A stretch of DNA of 63,328 bases, the filler included, from Reticulomyxa filosa (Eukaryota; Protista; Foraminifera): the NCBI GenBank assembly GCA_000512085.1. It is 22 parts of 22 records of this genome, joined end to end, with 100 filler letters (N's around TTAATTAATTAA, not from the genome) between each part and the next. Parts side by side here need not be neighbours in the genome. Positions count along the whole stretch, not along the records: positions 50,643 to 57,135 come from ASPP01009621.1; positions 57,236 to 59,868 come from ASPP01045112.1; positions 59,969 to 61,969 come from ASPP01019603.1; positions 62,070 to 63,328 come from ASPP01012777.1; 18 more parts are not named here. The stretch is one strand, 5' to 3'. Each line of letters begins with the position of its first letter. Within the stretch, counting starts at the first letter, position 1. The translations under genes and the position numbers were made by a program. Positions 50,643-62,839 of the stretch are shown here, piece by piece. The notes under the pieces were generated by a model that worked only from the letters and a program-made list of their open reading frames with translations, searched no databases and was not told the DNA's origin.

Positions 50643-53600
50643 CCAATGCTATGGCGATTGTATGATGGAAAATTTCTCACATCTTGTCCTTCTACTTTGT
50701 GTGACAGTTCTTCATGAAAAACTTGGAAAGTATTTTGCTTGCAAAGCAGTAAGTTGTGTTTTGTTATTTTTATAAGAGTATAGGGGGGGAAGGGAAGAAA
50801 GAGGGGCAGGAGGAAAAGGGGAAGAAAAAAAACAACAACAAAACAAATAAAAAAAGTTAGTTGCTTTTGTGTGTATTTTGGACAAAGAGAAAAGCCACAT
50901 ACAACACAAAACATCTTACAACAATACAAAACACAAAAAATTGATAAATAAATAAATAAATAAATAAAAAGGAACACATTCAAACTCAACATCCCCAACT
51001 AAAACATGAATTTGAGATTTATCAACAATTGCAACAATCCAACTACTTTGCGAAAGTTTATAGAATTATTCCTCATGGCAATCACAGTTACATGGTAATT
51101 AGAAAACAACACACTAAACAAGAGCGAACCACAAACCTTACAAACCCCTTCCCTACACTGCCATGGCTTTTTTTTTATCATTATTGCTTTATCTTGTTCT
51201 TTGTATTTTGTTTCATTTTTGTCCACGCAAATTGTATCTAGCGGTTACGTATACGCGATATTTTTTTTGCGTTTTTTGTTGCTTCCAATTGCACAATCCG
51301 AATTTATGCGAGATTTCGCCTTACTTTGTGAGGCTTTCTCTTGTGTTCATCATTGTGCCGTTGTTGTTGTGACACGTGCTTCTAAAAAAAAAAAAAAGAA
51401 CGGATGTATTTTTGTGTTTTTTTAAAAGAATACACAAATGATAAGAAATGAAATGAATGACACAAAATACCTTGGGGGCCGTACAGATAATGGACAAATT
51501 GGGTGAATCATTAGAGCAATTATTTACATTGTGTGGTCGAAAATTTTCCATAAAATGTGTTTGTTTAATTGCCTTGCAATTGATATCTCGGATTCAAGAA
51601 TTGCATAATCATGGATGGCTGCACCGGGATGTAAAGCCAGACAATTTTTTAATTGGAGACGGCCCTAAAAGTGGTACTGCTGGCTCTCAAATTTATATGA
51701 TTGACTTTGGTTTGGGGAAACGATGGATTGAAAATTCTTCTCATATTTCGTTTAAAACAGAGAAACGATTGATTGGTTTGCTGTTTATATGTGTGCTTTT
51801 TCTTTGGACAAAATAGCCATTAAAGTAAAACAAACAAAAAAAAAGGAACACCGCGTTATGCGAGCATCAATACCCATTCTGGTTATGAGCAGTCACGAAG
51901 AGACGACTTAGAATCATTGGGCTATATGTTGGTATATTTTGTTCGTGGGTCATTGCCATGGCAAGGATTGAAAGGAGACAAAGAAAAAAAATATCAAAAA
52001 ATCGGAGACATAAAGAAAAAAACTGAATTAAATAAACTTTGCAAGGGTTTTCCAGATGAATTTCGACAATATTTGGCGTCTTGTCGAGAACTTGCCTTTA
52101 CCGCTCAACCTGCTTATGATGAATACAAACAATATTTCAAAAATGTCTTAAAACATCTGGGTTATGATCCAGACAATCCCCAAGACAATGTTTTCGATTG
52201 GCAAGACGAAACCAAACTTCATGTTTTGTTTTGTTTCGTTCTTCTTTTTTTTTTTCTCGCTCCCTTTCCTCTATTAAAACAAAAACATGATATTTAAAAA
52301 TTTACAACACGACAATAATGACAGCTACCCCCGCAAGATCGCTGGCCCCCACGTGCCACGCGCAGAGGCGGTATGACATTACCCAACTTAAATGGCCTTG
52401 TTGCTAATGGCGTCAATGGCGTCTCTGTGACATTGCATACGGCGAACCACGCCAATACAAATCACAATGGCTCTTCACACATGTTATTGCAACAGATACA
52501 GTCTATGGATAACAAAAACAATAACCACACAGTCCACAATAACAATCGCACCAATATAAAAATATGAATGGAAAATGGATTGACGCATATCATTTCAAAT
52601 GGCTATAGAATCGCAGCTGCCCACTTAATACCATTGGCGGCTTCTCTTGTGCTCATGGGCACTCGCATAGTGGGGTGCCTATCAAAGATGATAATCCATC
52701 TAATTCGTTGCCTGTCATAGGTATTTAATTTATTTTTTTTTGCTAAAGGGAGAGCAACAAAAACGGAAATACAAAATGGTTCAAATTTTTGTTGTGTTGA
52801 TAATTTTTAAAAAAAAGCAGGGTTTCCAGTTCTTTCGTATGCTAACCACTCTCAACAAGCCTCACAGCAACCACCTAACAATAGCAATAATAATAGCAAC
52901 AATAGCAATGGTAATATTAATAACAATAGCAATACTAACAATGTCAATAGCAAAAATAGCACTCCTATCAATGACAATAACGCCAACAATTCAATGGCTG
53001 CTAATTTGCATTTGTCCCCGCAAAATTTTGTGAGTTTTTTACTCGAAAGATATCGGGCACTAGAAGCAGATCGAAACCGTTGCAAAAAGGCATGGGAAGA
53101 ATGTCTACAAGAAAAAGCTCATGCCTGTCAGCAAGTTGATCAGTGGAAGCAACGATATGAAGAACGTACTTCACAATTAGAGCGCAACGAATTGCAAAGA
53201 CAACAATTGAAGATAGACAACGAAAACTTGAAAAGATACATTCAAGAATTGGAAATGAAGTGTTCTCAATTTGAAATACAGCCATTGCCTTTCCAGCAAT
53301 TGCTGCAATATCAACTCAATCCAGTCCAATCTATTGATAATATTGGGATGAATAAAATAGTCGGCAATGGCAGCAACAATACCACCAACGAAATGACCAA
53401 TTCAAATGCAAATGGGACCACCACACACAACAGTCCAGCAAGCAGCCCAGAACAACAAATATCCCCAGGGGCTGCAATCCGAAATTTGTATACGACAACT
53501 TCGACAAGCACTTCTCCGCCAGATGGGAGTCATAAACATTCCAATGATGATCCTCCTAACGGCATTGGCGTGTCTTCTTCATGGACTGGACACACACGTG

Positions 53601-53984
53601 GACACATACTCACACATGAACATGACATGAACGTAAACATTGGGATGGACAAAACTTCAATTCATATTCTTGACTGTATCCATGGACATCAAGGGAGTCA
53701 GAATAATGCAAGAAACACAGGTAAAGAATTAGATGCTATCAGCGATGCAAATCGAAACGACTGTGTTGATACTAACGAACTCATTATTCCTGGGTCTCAT
53801 CATGTTATGGGAAAAAAAAGAAAAAGATTTGAAATTCCGACACATCATGAGCCACAATCAAGGAAAAGGTACGGTATTGTCTGTCTATGTTTTTTGGAGC
53901 TTCAGTATAACCTTTTTTCATGCTTGTGAAATTTTTAGAGTAAGAACAACACTAAATGAGCCACATGCCGGAAATTTAGAATGA
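50643..53984 (+). CDS. Casein kinase 1 family kinase with long Asn-rich/coiled-coil C-terminal tail (multi-exon, 5' truncated)
   Basis: YFACKA|EHIQTQHPQLKHE, LGESLEQLF..RKFS, HRDVKPDNFL, IDFGL, GTPRYASINTH..EQSRRDDLESLGY, LPWQGL, FDW. Linkage of the tail exons to the kinase is inferred. Confidence 0.9.
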
Positions 53985-54537
53985 TTCGACGAACAAAATG
54001 AAACGATTAACCTTAACATAAAATTACCAAAAAATTTTTCGGGGGCAGTTGTGGGGTTGTGCTTTTTTTCTTTCGCGAATGACTGAATTGTGAGCCACTG
54101 TTTTGGTAGACCAACGCAAAAGCAGTTCACAAGACTTTAAAAAATTGACATGAAACCAAGGAGTTTTGTTCGTTATTATGTACTATTGTGTTTTTCTCGA
54201 ACAACTCAGCAAAGGTAACAACCTGGATAAAGAAATTTAAATGATTGTCACTCAAATATTTAAAAAGTTACAATCTTTTGAACTCCACCAAGTTTCCAAT
54301 AGTGAGATGTTGGGGTCTTCAAAAAAATTAAAGGTGGAACAAAAGTATCAATTTCATTAAAAATCCGATCATTCTGTTAGTGTTTTTATTGTTGAGATAT
54401 GGTGTTTCAAAAAAATAATTTTGTATTTGGTAACCAAAAAAAGTAAAATGAGATCTAAGCCAGTTCAAATGAATTCTGTTTTTATGCTTGAAAACTTAGT
54501 TGTGGATTATAGTTTAATAAATAAACAACATTTTCCA

Positions 54538-56313
54538 TCAAGTCGAAAATTTCTTTTCCGGGGATGATTGGCTTCCGTTTTTGTGAGCCAAGTAGTTGTA
54601 TTCTTCATTTTGGATTGAATCAATAATACATCTGGCAACATTCATCATTTCAGCGTCATGAATTCTGATAATATTTGCACCACTCAACACCGCTTTAGAC
54701 AAAACGGCAATGGTTCCCCACTTTCGATATAAAAAGTCTTTTTTGTCTAGTTCATTCTTGTCAGTGCATGATTTGTCCAAAATTTGCCTTAAAAATCTTT
54801 TCTGGCTGGGCCCACATAACATGGGCATATTGGGGTGAGGTTTGCAATCATTCATTCTCGCTACAAGTATTTGATTGTTAGTGGAATCTTTGGCAAATCC
54901 GATGCCACAATCTAAAATGATGTTCCACCGTTTCATTTGCAAATGAATACAAGTTTGCAACTTGTCATCAAAGTATGCTTTGATTTCATCACAAATATCA
55001 TTGTGATAATTCATGTGAACCGGATCCAGCATTGTTTTGGGAGTTCCTCGCATGTGCATCAGCACATAGGGTATACTTAATTCAGACATGACCTGAAACA
55101 TCGAGGTTGATGAAGTTCCAGAAGGAGCATCCTTGGCCCCACTCCATTGTTCGGCCATGTCAACACCACTACCACCACTAATGTCATTCACAATACTGAT
55201 ATTAAAATTGTGATGCATAAATTTGGCAATATCGGGATGAATAGTATCCAATGAAAGCACCATACTCTGCAATTGAGGATGGCTTCGAATTAGGTCAACA
55301 AGAGGAGCCACACGACGCAGCTCCTCTTGTGCTGTTATCATTGGCGATTGTGGACGACTCGATTGACCACCAATGTCAAGAATATCAACACCGTAGTCGA
55401 ATTTCATCTTAAGCAATTTCGTCTCCACTTCTTCCTTCAGGCTTGTGTTGGTTGGATTCATCGCATAGCGATAAAACAAGTTTTCACCATCACTAAAGCT
55501 ATCAGGGGTGACATTCACAACGGCCATCAACAGAGTGCGCTGTCGGCCTTGATTGTGGATGCCGTGAAGTACCTCTTTGTCTTTGTCCACATGCACGGCA
55601 GTACTTGTGCGATTTTCTGAGAGGAAGACAATGCACCGGCCAATACCTTGGTAGTTGTTTTTTTCCCATTTTGCGTAGCGTGATTGGGAGATATAATCAA
55701 GTCCGGCAAAATATCAGAAAAAGGGGTCATCACAAAATTTCGTTCATGCATTCGTTGGTGGGGTATGCTCAATCGATCAGCGGTGAAAACGGTATTTGGA
55801 TTTGACAAGTCATCTTTTTATATTGTTTATTATTATTATATACAATCATTATTTTATTATTATTGCTTTTTGCAATCCAACATAACATAAAATATCCAAA
55901 TCAATGACTCGAGGACCAAACCGAGCGGATACGTTTCTGTTTCGACCTACTTCCTTTTCAATTGCCTGCAACTTCTCAAGTAATACATAGGGAGATATTT
56001 CATTCGTCGTTTCGATTTGTGCCACGCAGTTTATAAATGAGGGCTGGTCCAGCACATACATTGGAGGAGTTTCGTATCTATTTGTTTTGTTTTTTTTGTG
56101 TTGCCTTCATATCTCACATTTTTTTTTCATATCCCAAAAAAAACTCAACTTGCACAAATCCTATCAATACACGTGCTCACAGAAAGGCGTTACATACAAG
56201 AGTGAAGTGTTTTCGATCTTTGCGAATCGTCGCATTTTCTCCAAAGCTTGGTTGATATTCCATACACGAGAGCCAAGATTGCTTCCGATGCCTATTACAA
56301 ATTTCTTGGACAT
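54538..56313 (-). CDS. Bifunctional HPPK-DHPS folate synthesis enzyme (3 exons; apparent 1-nt frameshift near 55598)
   Basis: HPPK: IGIGSNLG, LYETPPMYVLDQPSFIN, GPRVIDLDIL, IPHQRMHERNFV. DHPS: NVTPDSFSDG, DIGGQSSRP, NDISGG, LMHMRGTP, GIGFAK, IIRIHD. Confidence 0.95.
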
Positions 56314-57096
56314 TCTTTGTTGGTTTAATATTTTTTACAAGCACAAAAAAAAAAAGTTGTTCACAACCCGTTTTTAGGAACTGAAACGACACGGTTGATG
56401 CGACAATAAAATAAGTGACTGTGCTAATGCATATATGCACACTTTCCATTGAAAAGAAGCTACTTTAGCAACGTAATGAGCATTTGAAGCGGTCTGGTTG
56501 GAATTGTGCAAAGAAGATATACAACTTATGTTTTTTATTTCGATGCTAGAAAATGTGAGGAAGCAAAGTAGAAGAAAGGTTTTGAAGAAATGATATTTCT
56601 AAACTTTATGTGTCGAAAAAAAACATTTTTTTTTTTGGAAGGTAATTGATTCAAACAACAAAACAACCAGAGAACAGACAAGAAAAATTTTCTTACAATC
56701 TTCGCAAATGACAAAAGCACAAAAGCAAAAAAAAAAAAAAGAAGCACGATGCCAAAAGCAAAAATGCACATATGATAGCAAGTTTTCTGCCAGAGAAAAC
56801 TAAAACAAAAAAAAGGGAGGAAATGAACAGACCAAATAAACAAAACAAAACAAAACCAACCAAACAAAGCAAACAAAAAAAAAGCAAAGAACAAAAAGAA
56901 AAGCTGCACATCCCTTACAAACACACGAAACAAACAAAGAGACAAAGGAATAAGTTTGACGTGAGCCTTTAAACTGGAGAGAGAGAGAAGGAAGGGGGGG
57001 GGGGGTTGTATATGTGTGTGTTTGAAAACACAACAACAAAGAAAAAGTGTTCAACAGTGTATGTGTTGTGAAAATTTATAGACATATTTGTAATAC

Positions 57097-57135
<39 letters not shown>

Positions 57136-57849
57136 NNNNNNNNNNNNNNNNNNNNNNNNNNNNNNNNNNNNNNNNNNNNTTAATTAATTAANNNNNNNNN
57201 NNNNNNNNNNNNNNNNNNNNNNNNNNNNNNNNNNNTGTTTTGCAATAACAGCCGCAGCCCTATGTTCAAAAAAAAAAAATTATGTGTACCCTCCAAAGAA
57301 AAACTTCGGGGTCGAAGCACTCAGCATTCAAAAAAAATCAAAAGGTTTATTTTTTTTTATAGAGGGAAAAAAAGGCTGGTGGAAAAAAAGGTTGGTGAAA
57401 AAAGGGTGGGAAAAAAAGTGGAAAAAATTTGGAAAAATTTTTATTTAAGAAAAATGAAAAAAATGACAAAAATTAAAAAAGATTACAAAATTAAAAAAAT
57501 GAAAAAAAATATTTGAAAATAAAAAAAAAGAAAAAATGACAATGTGAAAAAAAAAGATAAAATAATAGAAAAAAAATTAAATGAAAAATTGTAAAAAAAT
57601 TATGAAGAAGAAAAATTATGAAGAAAAAGAAGAAGAACGAGGAGCAAAGCAAACAACAGCAGCAAATAGATTCGTTGGCGCCGCCAAATATCAAGTGAAA
57701 CAGACGTTGTGGAGTGATCGACTATATGGCCGACAGTCGATTTGTTGGAGCAGCGAAGAAGAAAAAATCGAGAAAGTTGTTAGAAAATGCTCAAACATGG
57801 AGATTGAGCAAATTATTACAGTGAGAATCAACGTCGGCGCATATACGTT

Positions 57850-59868
57850 TCTACAAACAATTATTGGCGTCAACAACATCAAAAACAACGCTGAACTGCA
57901 ATCTACCGGCGCTAAAAAATAAGTAAAATTTGGTCGTTATGGAAATAGCTCTAAGTTGACCAACGCAGTAAAATAATAGAAAATAGTTGTGTGCGCACAT
58001 TCGTGACTTTGGGTTGCTGATAAAATGAATCGTTGGCGCCATCAATAAAAAAAAACGTGGAATATTGTGCAAAGTGGTGGATGAGTTGTGGCGAAACTCC
58101 TCAAGACACCGGCCACAAGAAGAAGAAGATTAAGATGATGAGCATGAAGATAAGAAAAAAAATCCAAAAGTTAAATCGCGTTGGATTTGTCTTAAAAAAA
58201 AAACAAACATGTCAGGCAGCTTTTTGAGTTTGGAGATGGAAATTGCCCTTTAAATCTGGAAACGCGCAAAGTCGCCACTCTCAGGCGTGAAATAACTTTC
58301 CATAGCGTGTTCCAGTGAAAAGGCGCAGAACGAGTGTGGAAATGTTTACTGAAGCATTGGAAAGAATTTGATTGCATCAACGTCAGCATAAGTCTATGAA
58401 AATAACTGTGGACTTGCAAATCGCCAAAGAGAGCGTCCAACTTCGGTCTGCCGGCGCCAAAAAACAAGGGAAGTTCAATTATCATTGAAATGGAGCTAAT
58501 TTTATGATGAAAAAAAAACAGGAACTGGTCGTATGCGTGCGCACATTCGCAATTTTGAAGTTTGGATAGTGCATATGCCAATAGAAGCAGCGAACACGCC
58601 CAATAATGAAAAAATAATAAGAATGATATTCCATCATTAGTCATATCGCCATTGAAACGTTGGATATACTGGAAAGATCTGCGCAAACCATGTCTCTCAT
58701 TGCAAGGGCGATAATGTCTTCAAGTACTAAGTCCATCACCTCTAGTGGATAAGATGTTTCCAGTTCGATCCGGACAATCGAGATCTTGGTCGACAAATGA
58801 CGAAAGCAAGCTTACCAAGAAGAAAAAAAAGAAAGAGATGATAATAAGCGCAAAGTAGAAAAGATACCGACATTGTGGTGTCACAATGGCGGCAGAGAAA
58901 AAGTGGAAAGCGATGAAGTTGTTAAAAAAAAAACCCACTTATGGCGACCGAGAAAACCACCACATCAGGAGAATCGTTCCATGTGAGAGTGGTTCAATTT
59001 AGTGGAGGAGTTGCGCGAAACTCCGTCGACACATCGACAAGCAAGAAGAAAAAGACGATTAGGAGGATGACGACGAAGATAAGAAAGAGAACATTGAAAT
59101 CATATCGTGTTGGATCTTTAAAAAAAAAAAAAAAGAAACTAGTTTGCTTCACGCCTGCGAGTGGCGACTTTACGTTCCAGACATGCGCCGAACTGCAATC
59201 TATTGGCTCCAGCGAACAAGGTTGTTATAGAAATGATGATAACCATTCGTGTCGAAGATAGTCGTGTGCGTGCGCACAGTCGCAGCTTTGGATTTCGAAT
59301 CGCGCGTGTACTGCTGATGGGAGGAATAGTGAGTGACATAAGTATTAATGATACTCGTTGCATTATCCCAGCACTTGGAGAATTTTCTTAAATTGGATTC
59401 GAGTCGACGTGAGTTTAAATTGTGAATCGCGTATTGATCATAAATCGTTGAACCATGGCACGCAAGAACGTCAAGAACGAACAAGTCCAATAACGAAGAA
59501 TAAATACAAATTGTATCATCACTCCATCATTAGATCGCCAAGCCAAATATTATCGAATAGACACTCATTGTAATGGATGCAGAAATTTTAAGAACAGCCA
59601 TTATCCGACGTATCTCTCATCACAAGGGCAATAATAGTAAAAGAACTTCGTATTTAGAAATATACGTCCATATGATGGCATTAGAATAAATGAAAAAAAT
59701 TGTACTAATTCAATCAAGGATAATCTTTGTTCTTAGTCGGGGCAGCACCAACATCCAGAAAGAAAGACATGAAAATACCGCACAAAAAAAACGTATCGAC
59801 ATTGCGGTATCGAAACTGCAGCAGCGACTGAATTGTTAGAAGAAATGGAAGAGGGTGCAGATATTGCA
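57850..59868 (-). repeat. Degenerate tandem duplication (about 0.9 kb unit, two copies plus a partial third) of a decayed membrane-protein-like gene
   Basis: Recurrent minus-strand blocks: PQCRY (near 59800 and 58870), IIALxMRD (59630, 58710), CA(H/R)..LFxxAxR (59200-59280, 58450-58540, 57900-58000) and PTRxxF+TM helix (59110, 58190), all with stops or frameshifts. Confidence 0.7.
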
Positions 59869-61321
59869 NNNNNNNNNNNNNNNNNNNNNNNNNNNNNNNN
59901 NNNNNNNNNNNNTTAATTAATTAANNNNNNNNNNNNNNNNNNNNNNNNNNNNNNNNNNNNNNNNNNNNATTAAAAAAGAGGCCCTGTACTGTGAGAACAT
60001 ATGGACCAGAACGTAAAATTAAATATGGAAAAAAAAAAAAGCAATCGTCCAACTTCGTGTGCACCATTGGCCACAACAAGTATGAGTAATCTACCTTTGG
60101 GCTTGAGGCTTCACGACAACTCGCTTTTCCTTTCTCAAACTATTAATTACCCAAGCAACAGGGATAAAAAATGTATCACAAAAGGTGTTATATCTCAAAT
60201 GACTCGTATTGCCAAAAAAAAAACTTTGCAAATTACTAAAGTTGTATTTTCAATCAATTGTTTTTTTTATCTAATCTCAATAAAGATAAAAAAATTTTAA
60301 TAAATAATAACGTGTGTCTATAATTTGATGTTTTATTGATAATTTTCATTTAATTCGAAATTCTGTAATCTCTGTTACTTAACATGTTAAGAAGTTGACA
60401 ATTTTTTCAAATAAAATTAATACGGAAATACAGATTCAAGTTTTTCTTTATTCAAGTAATTTTACACAGTACTTAATTTTTTAAAAGTTTTACCCAAGGG
60501 TTTTGTTTTTTTTTTTGTTCAAACTTTTGGCCATAGTTTAGAAAGGGATAAGTATTGTTGTTAGTACAAGTGTTGTACGTTTTGGATTCTTTTTTTATAA
60601 AGTTAAGCTTAAAAAATATTTTGACGACACTTTTTTTGAGCGTATGTTTGAGCTTCTGTTGTTGTGTGAAATGAATGCATGTCTTGTTGACATTGTTTTC
60701 TTAAAACTTGAGAATTTTATCGTGTATAGGAAGCAAAAAAACCAATTGTTGCACTAGACAAATCGTAAAGTATTGTTTATAAAATAATCACTAATTGTGC
60801 GCACTTGCGTTGAATTGTTTTTATTTTTAAGTTGGGGGCAATGCTAAAATTTTGATATAGAGAAAATGTGTTTTCCCAATAGCTGATGGAGAAAATGAAA
60901 AAAGTTGATAAAATGAATTTGAAAAAAGTTTCTTTTTTAGTAATGGTTGAAAATAGAGGAGATAGAAGTAATTTCACATTCTTTGTAAAATTTTTTATTA
61001 TTTCTTTTTAATAAAACAAAATTTCGTATTTCATCTTTTGTTTTTGAATTGTAGAAAAAATGATTGTGTTATTCAAATTAATTTTTTCAATGAGTCTTTA
61101 GCCTATAAGGCTTACAAACTTTTGTAAATATTCAAATGCAAATGACTCTACCATACACAACCCCCAAGAACATCGATTGATAATATCATTAACATCAATT
61201 TCATTTAAAGTTATTTTTGTCCAAGTTTGAATATGATAAAAACTTATTTTTACCAAAAATAGATTGATGTTAAATAATTTTGAGTTTATCCATTGTAACG
61301 ATTTATAATGCTTTATAAGCT

Positions 61322-61393
61322 TGCCAATGAAGAACTTCTATTGGAAAGACGTTATTATATAATGAAGCGTTAACAATAGAAAAATCTGAGGCA
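61322..61393 (+). ncRNA. Box C/D snoRNA-like RNA, copy 1
   Basis: Terminal stem TGCC/GGCA, box C-like ATGAAGA at 61327, box D CTGA at 61386, with K-turn geometry; internal C'-like ATGAAGC. Confidence 0.6.
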
Positions 61394-61409
61394 GCTTTGA
61401 AAATAATCG

Positions 61410-61485
61410 GCCGATGATTAGGGACTTCCCATTAGGAAGGGCGTTAATCTCTAGGTAATGAAACGCCAGTTTAAACCCTGAGGCA
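61410..61485 (+). ncRNA. Box C/D snoRNA-like RNA, copy 2
   Basis: Stem GCC/GGC, box C-like ATGATTA at 61414, box D CTGA at 61478, internal ATGAAAC; followed by TTTTT. Confidence 0.6.
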
Positions 61486-62839
61486 TTTTTGAATTTTTTA
61501 AAATTCCAAAAATTTTTTTAACAATTTATTTTTAATGTTTTTTTCTACAAATGTGATGATATCTTCAACAGTATTATTAAAAAAAAAGTTCATTAATTTC
61601 AGTTTTGGTCTCAAAAATAAAAGGGGTAAGCATGACTTGCAAAATATTTTAATGAATAGATACTATTGTAGAGTTGTCAAATATTGTTTGACTTTATTCA
61701 ATCAAAAAGACTTAAAAGTCTTTGTTTAATTAAAAAAAAGAAAAAAATATTCTTGGACAAAAACAAAACAATTACACAAATGATACACCCAAATCAGACT
61801 CAACAATACAAACATTTTTTTCAATCATTGTGCTAATTTCACAAAATTGAAATTCCGACAACCAGTCTCCAATTAGAATCCACTGTCAACACACAATAGC
61901 ACGAAACACGCTATCATGTGGCAGTCAGCAAATCATACAAGTGGTCTCGCAATGCGCTCCACATATAAANNNNNNNNNNNNNNNNNNNNNNNNNNNNNNN
62001 NNNNNNNNNNNNNTTAATTAATTAANNNNNNNNNNNNNNNNNNNNNNNNNNNNNNNNNNNNNNNNNNNNGGGGGGGGGGGGGGGGAAAAAAAAAAAAAAA
62101 AAAAAAAAAACAACACAAAACGAGATGTGATCATGTTTTCGGAAATACAATTGCAACAAGCAAACACCTCTGTAACACACACATACGCACGTCCTCCCTT
62201 TCTTTCTTCTGTCCTGGCTTATTTTGGAGGGGCAATCCTTGCTCCCACAGTTTCAACATTTTTTTCCCACCTTCCACAAAAGTTTGCTCGTCGTGGTTGT
62301 AGCTTGTTTGTTGTTGTTGACAGTCTTGACTTTATTTTTCAATACAAAAAAATTTTTTAAAATGAGCATTAAATAATTTCGGCTATTTGAATATTATCAT
62401 TTTTTTTTTTTTTTGCTCGTGAAGTTTCAAACAATGAAAATATTCTTTTTTTGAGCACTTCTTTTTCAGTAGTCTCTGTTGATGGTGATTCTTTCTCTTA
62501 CACACAAAAACATTTTATCACGAATTATAACTTATACAATATTTAAATCAGTGTAAAAGATACTACACGTTTGGAATTACCATAATTTAATTATATAGCA
62601 ACAAAAAAAAAATGTCTTTGGACAAAACTCGTAATCTCAAAAATGAATGGTGATGGATGGCTTTGCATGTTGGCTTCGAAAGTTTTTCTTCTGAATACAC
62701 TTCAGCAAGATTTAATTTGAATTGCAAAAAACAAAATCTGTATGCTGTTTGTTCATTGATTTGTGGGAGCAAAAATTGCTTTACTTAATTCACTCAAAAA
62801 GAATTGAATTTTTTTGTTATTGAAAAAAAAAAACATCCG

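Noticed and set aside
61322-61393. SECIS element reading of the ATGA..AAA..TGA hairpin
   Set aside because: No selenoprotein ORF upstream, no internal loop below the GA quartet, and the paralogous second unit fits box C/D better.
62185-62260. Minus-strand MLKLWEQGLPLQNKPGQKKERED as a Ubc12-like N-terminus
   Set aside because: Too short and truncated by the linker to support a call.
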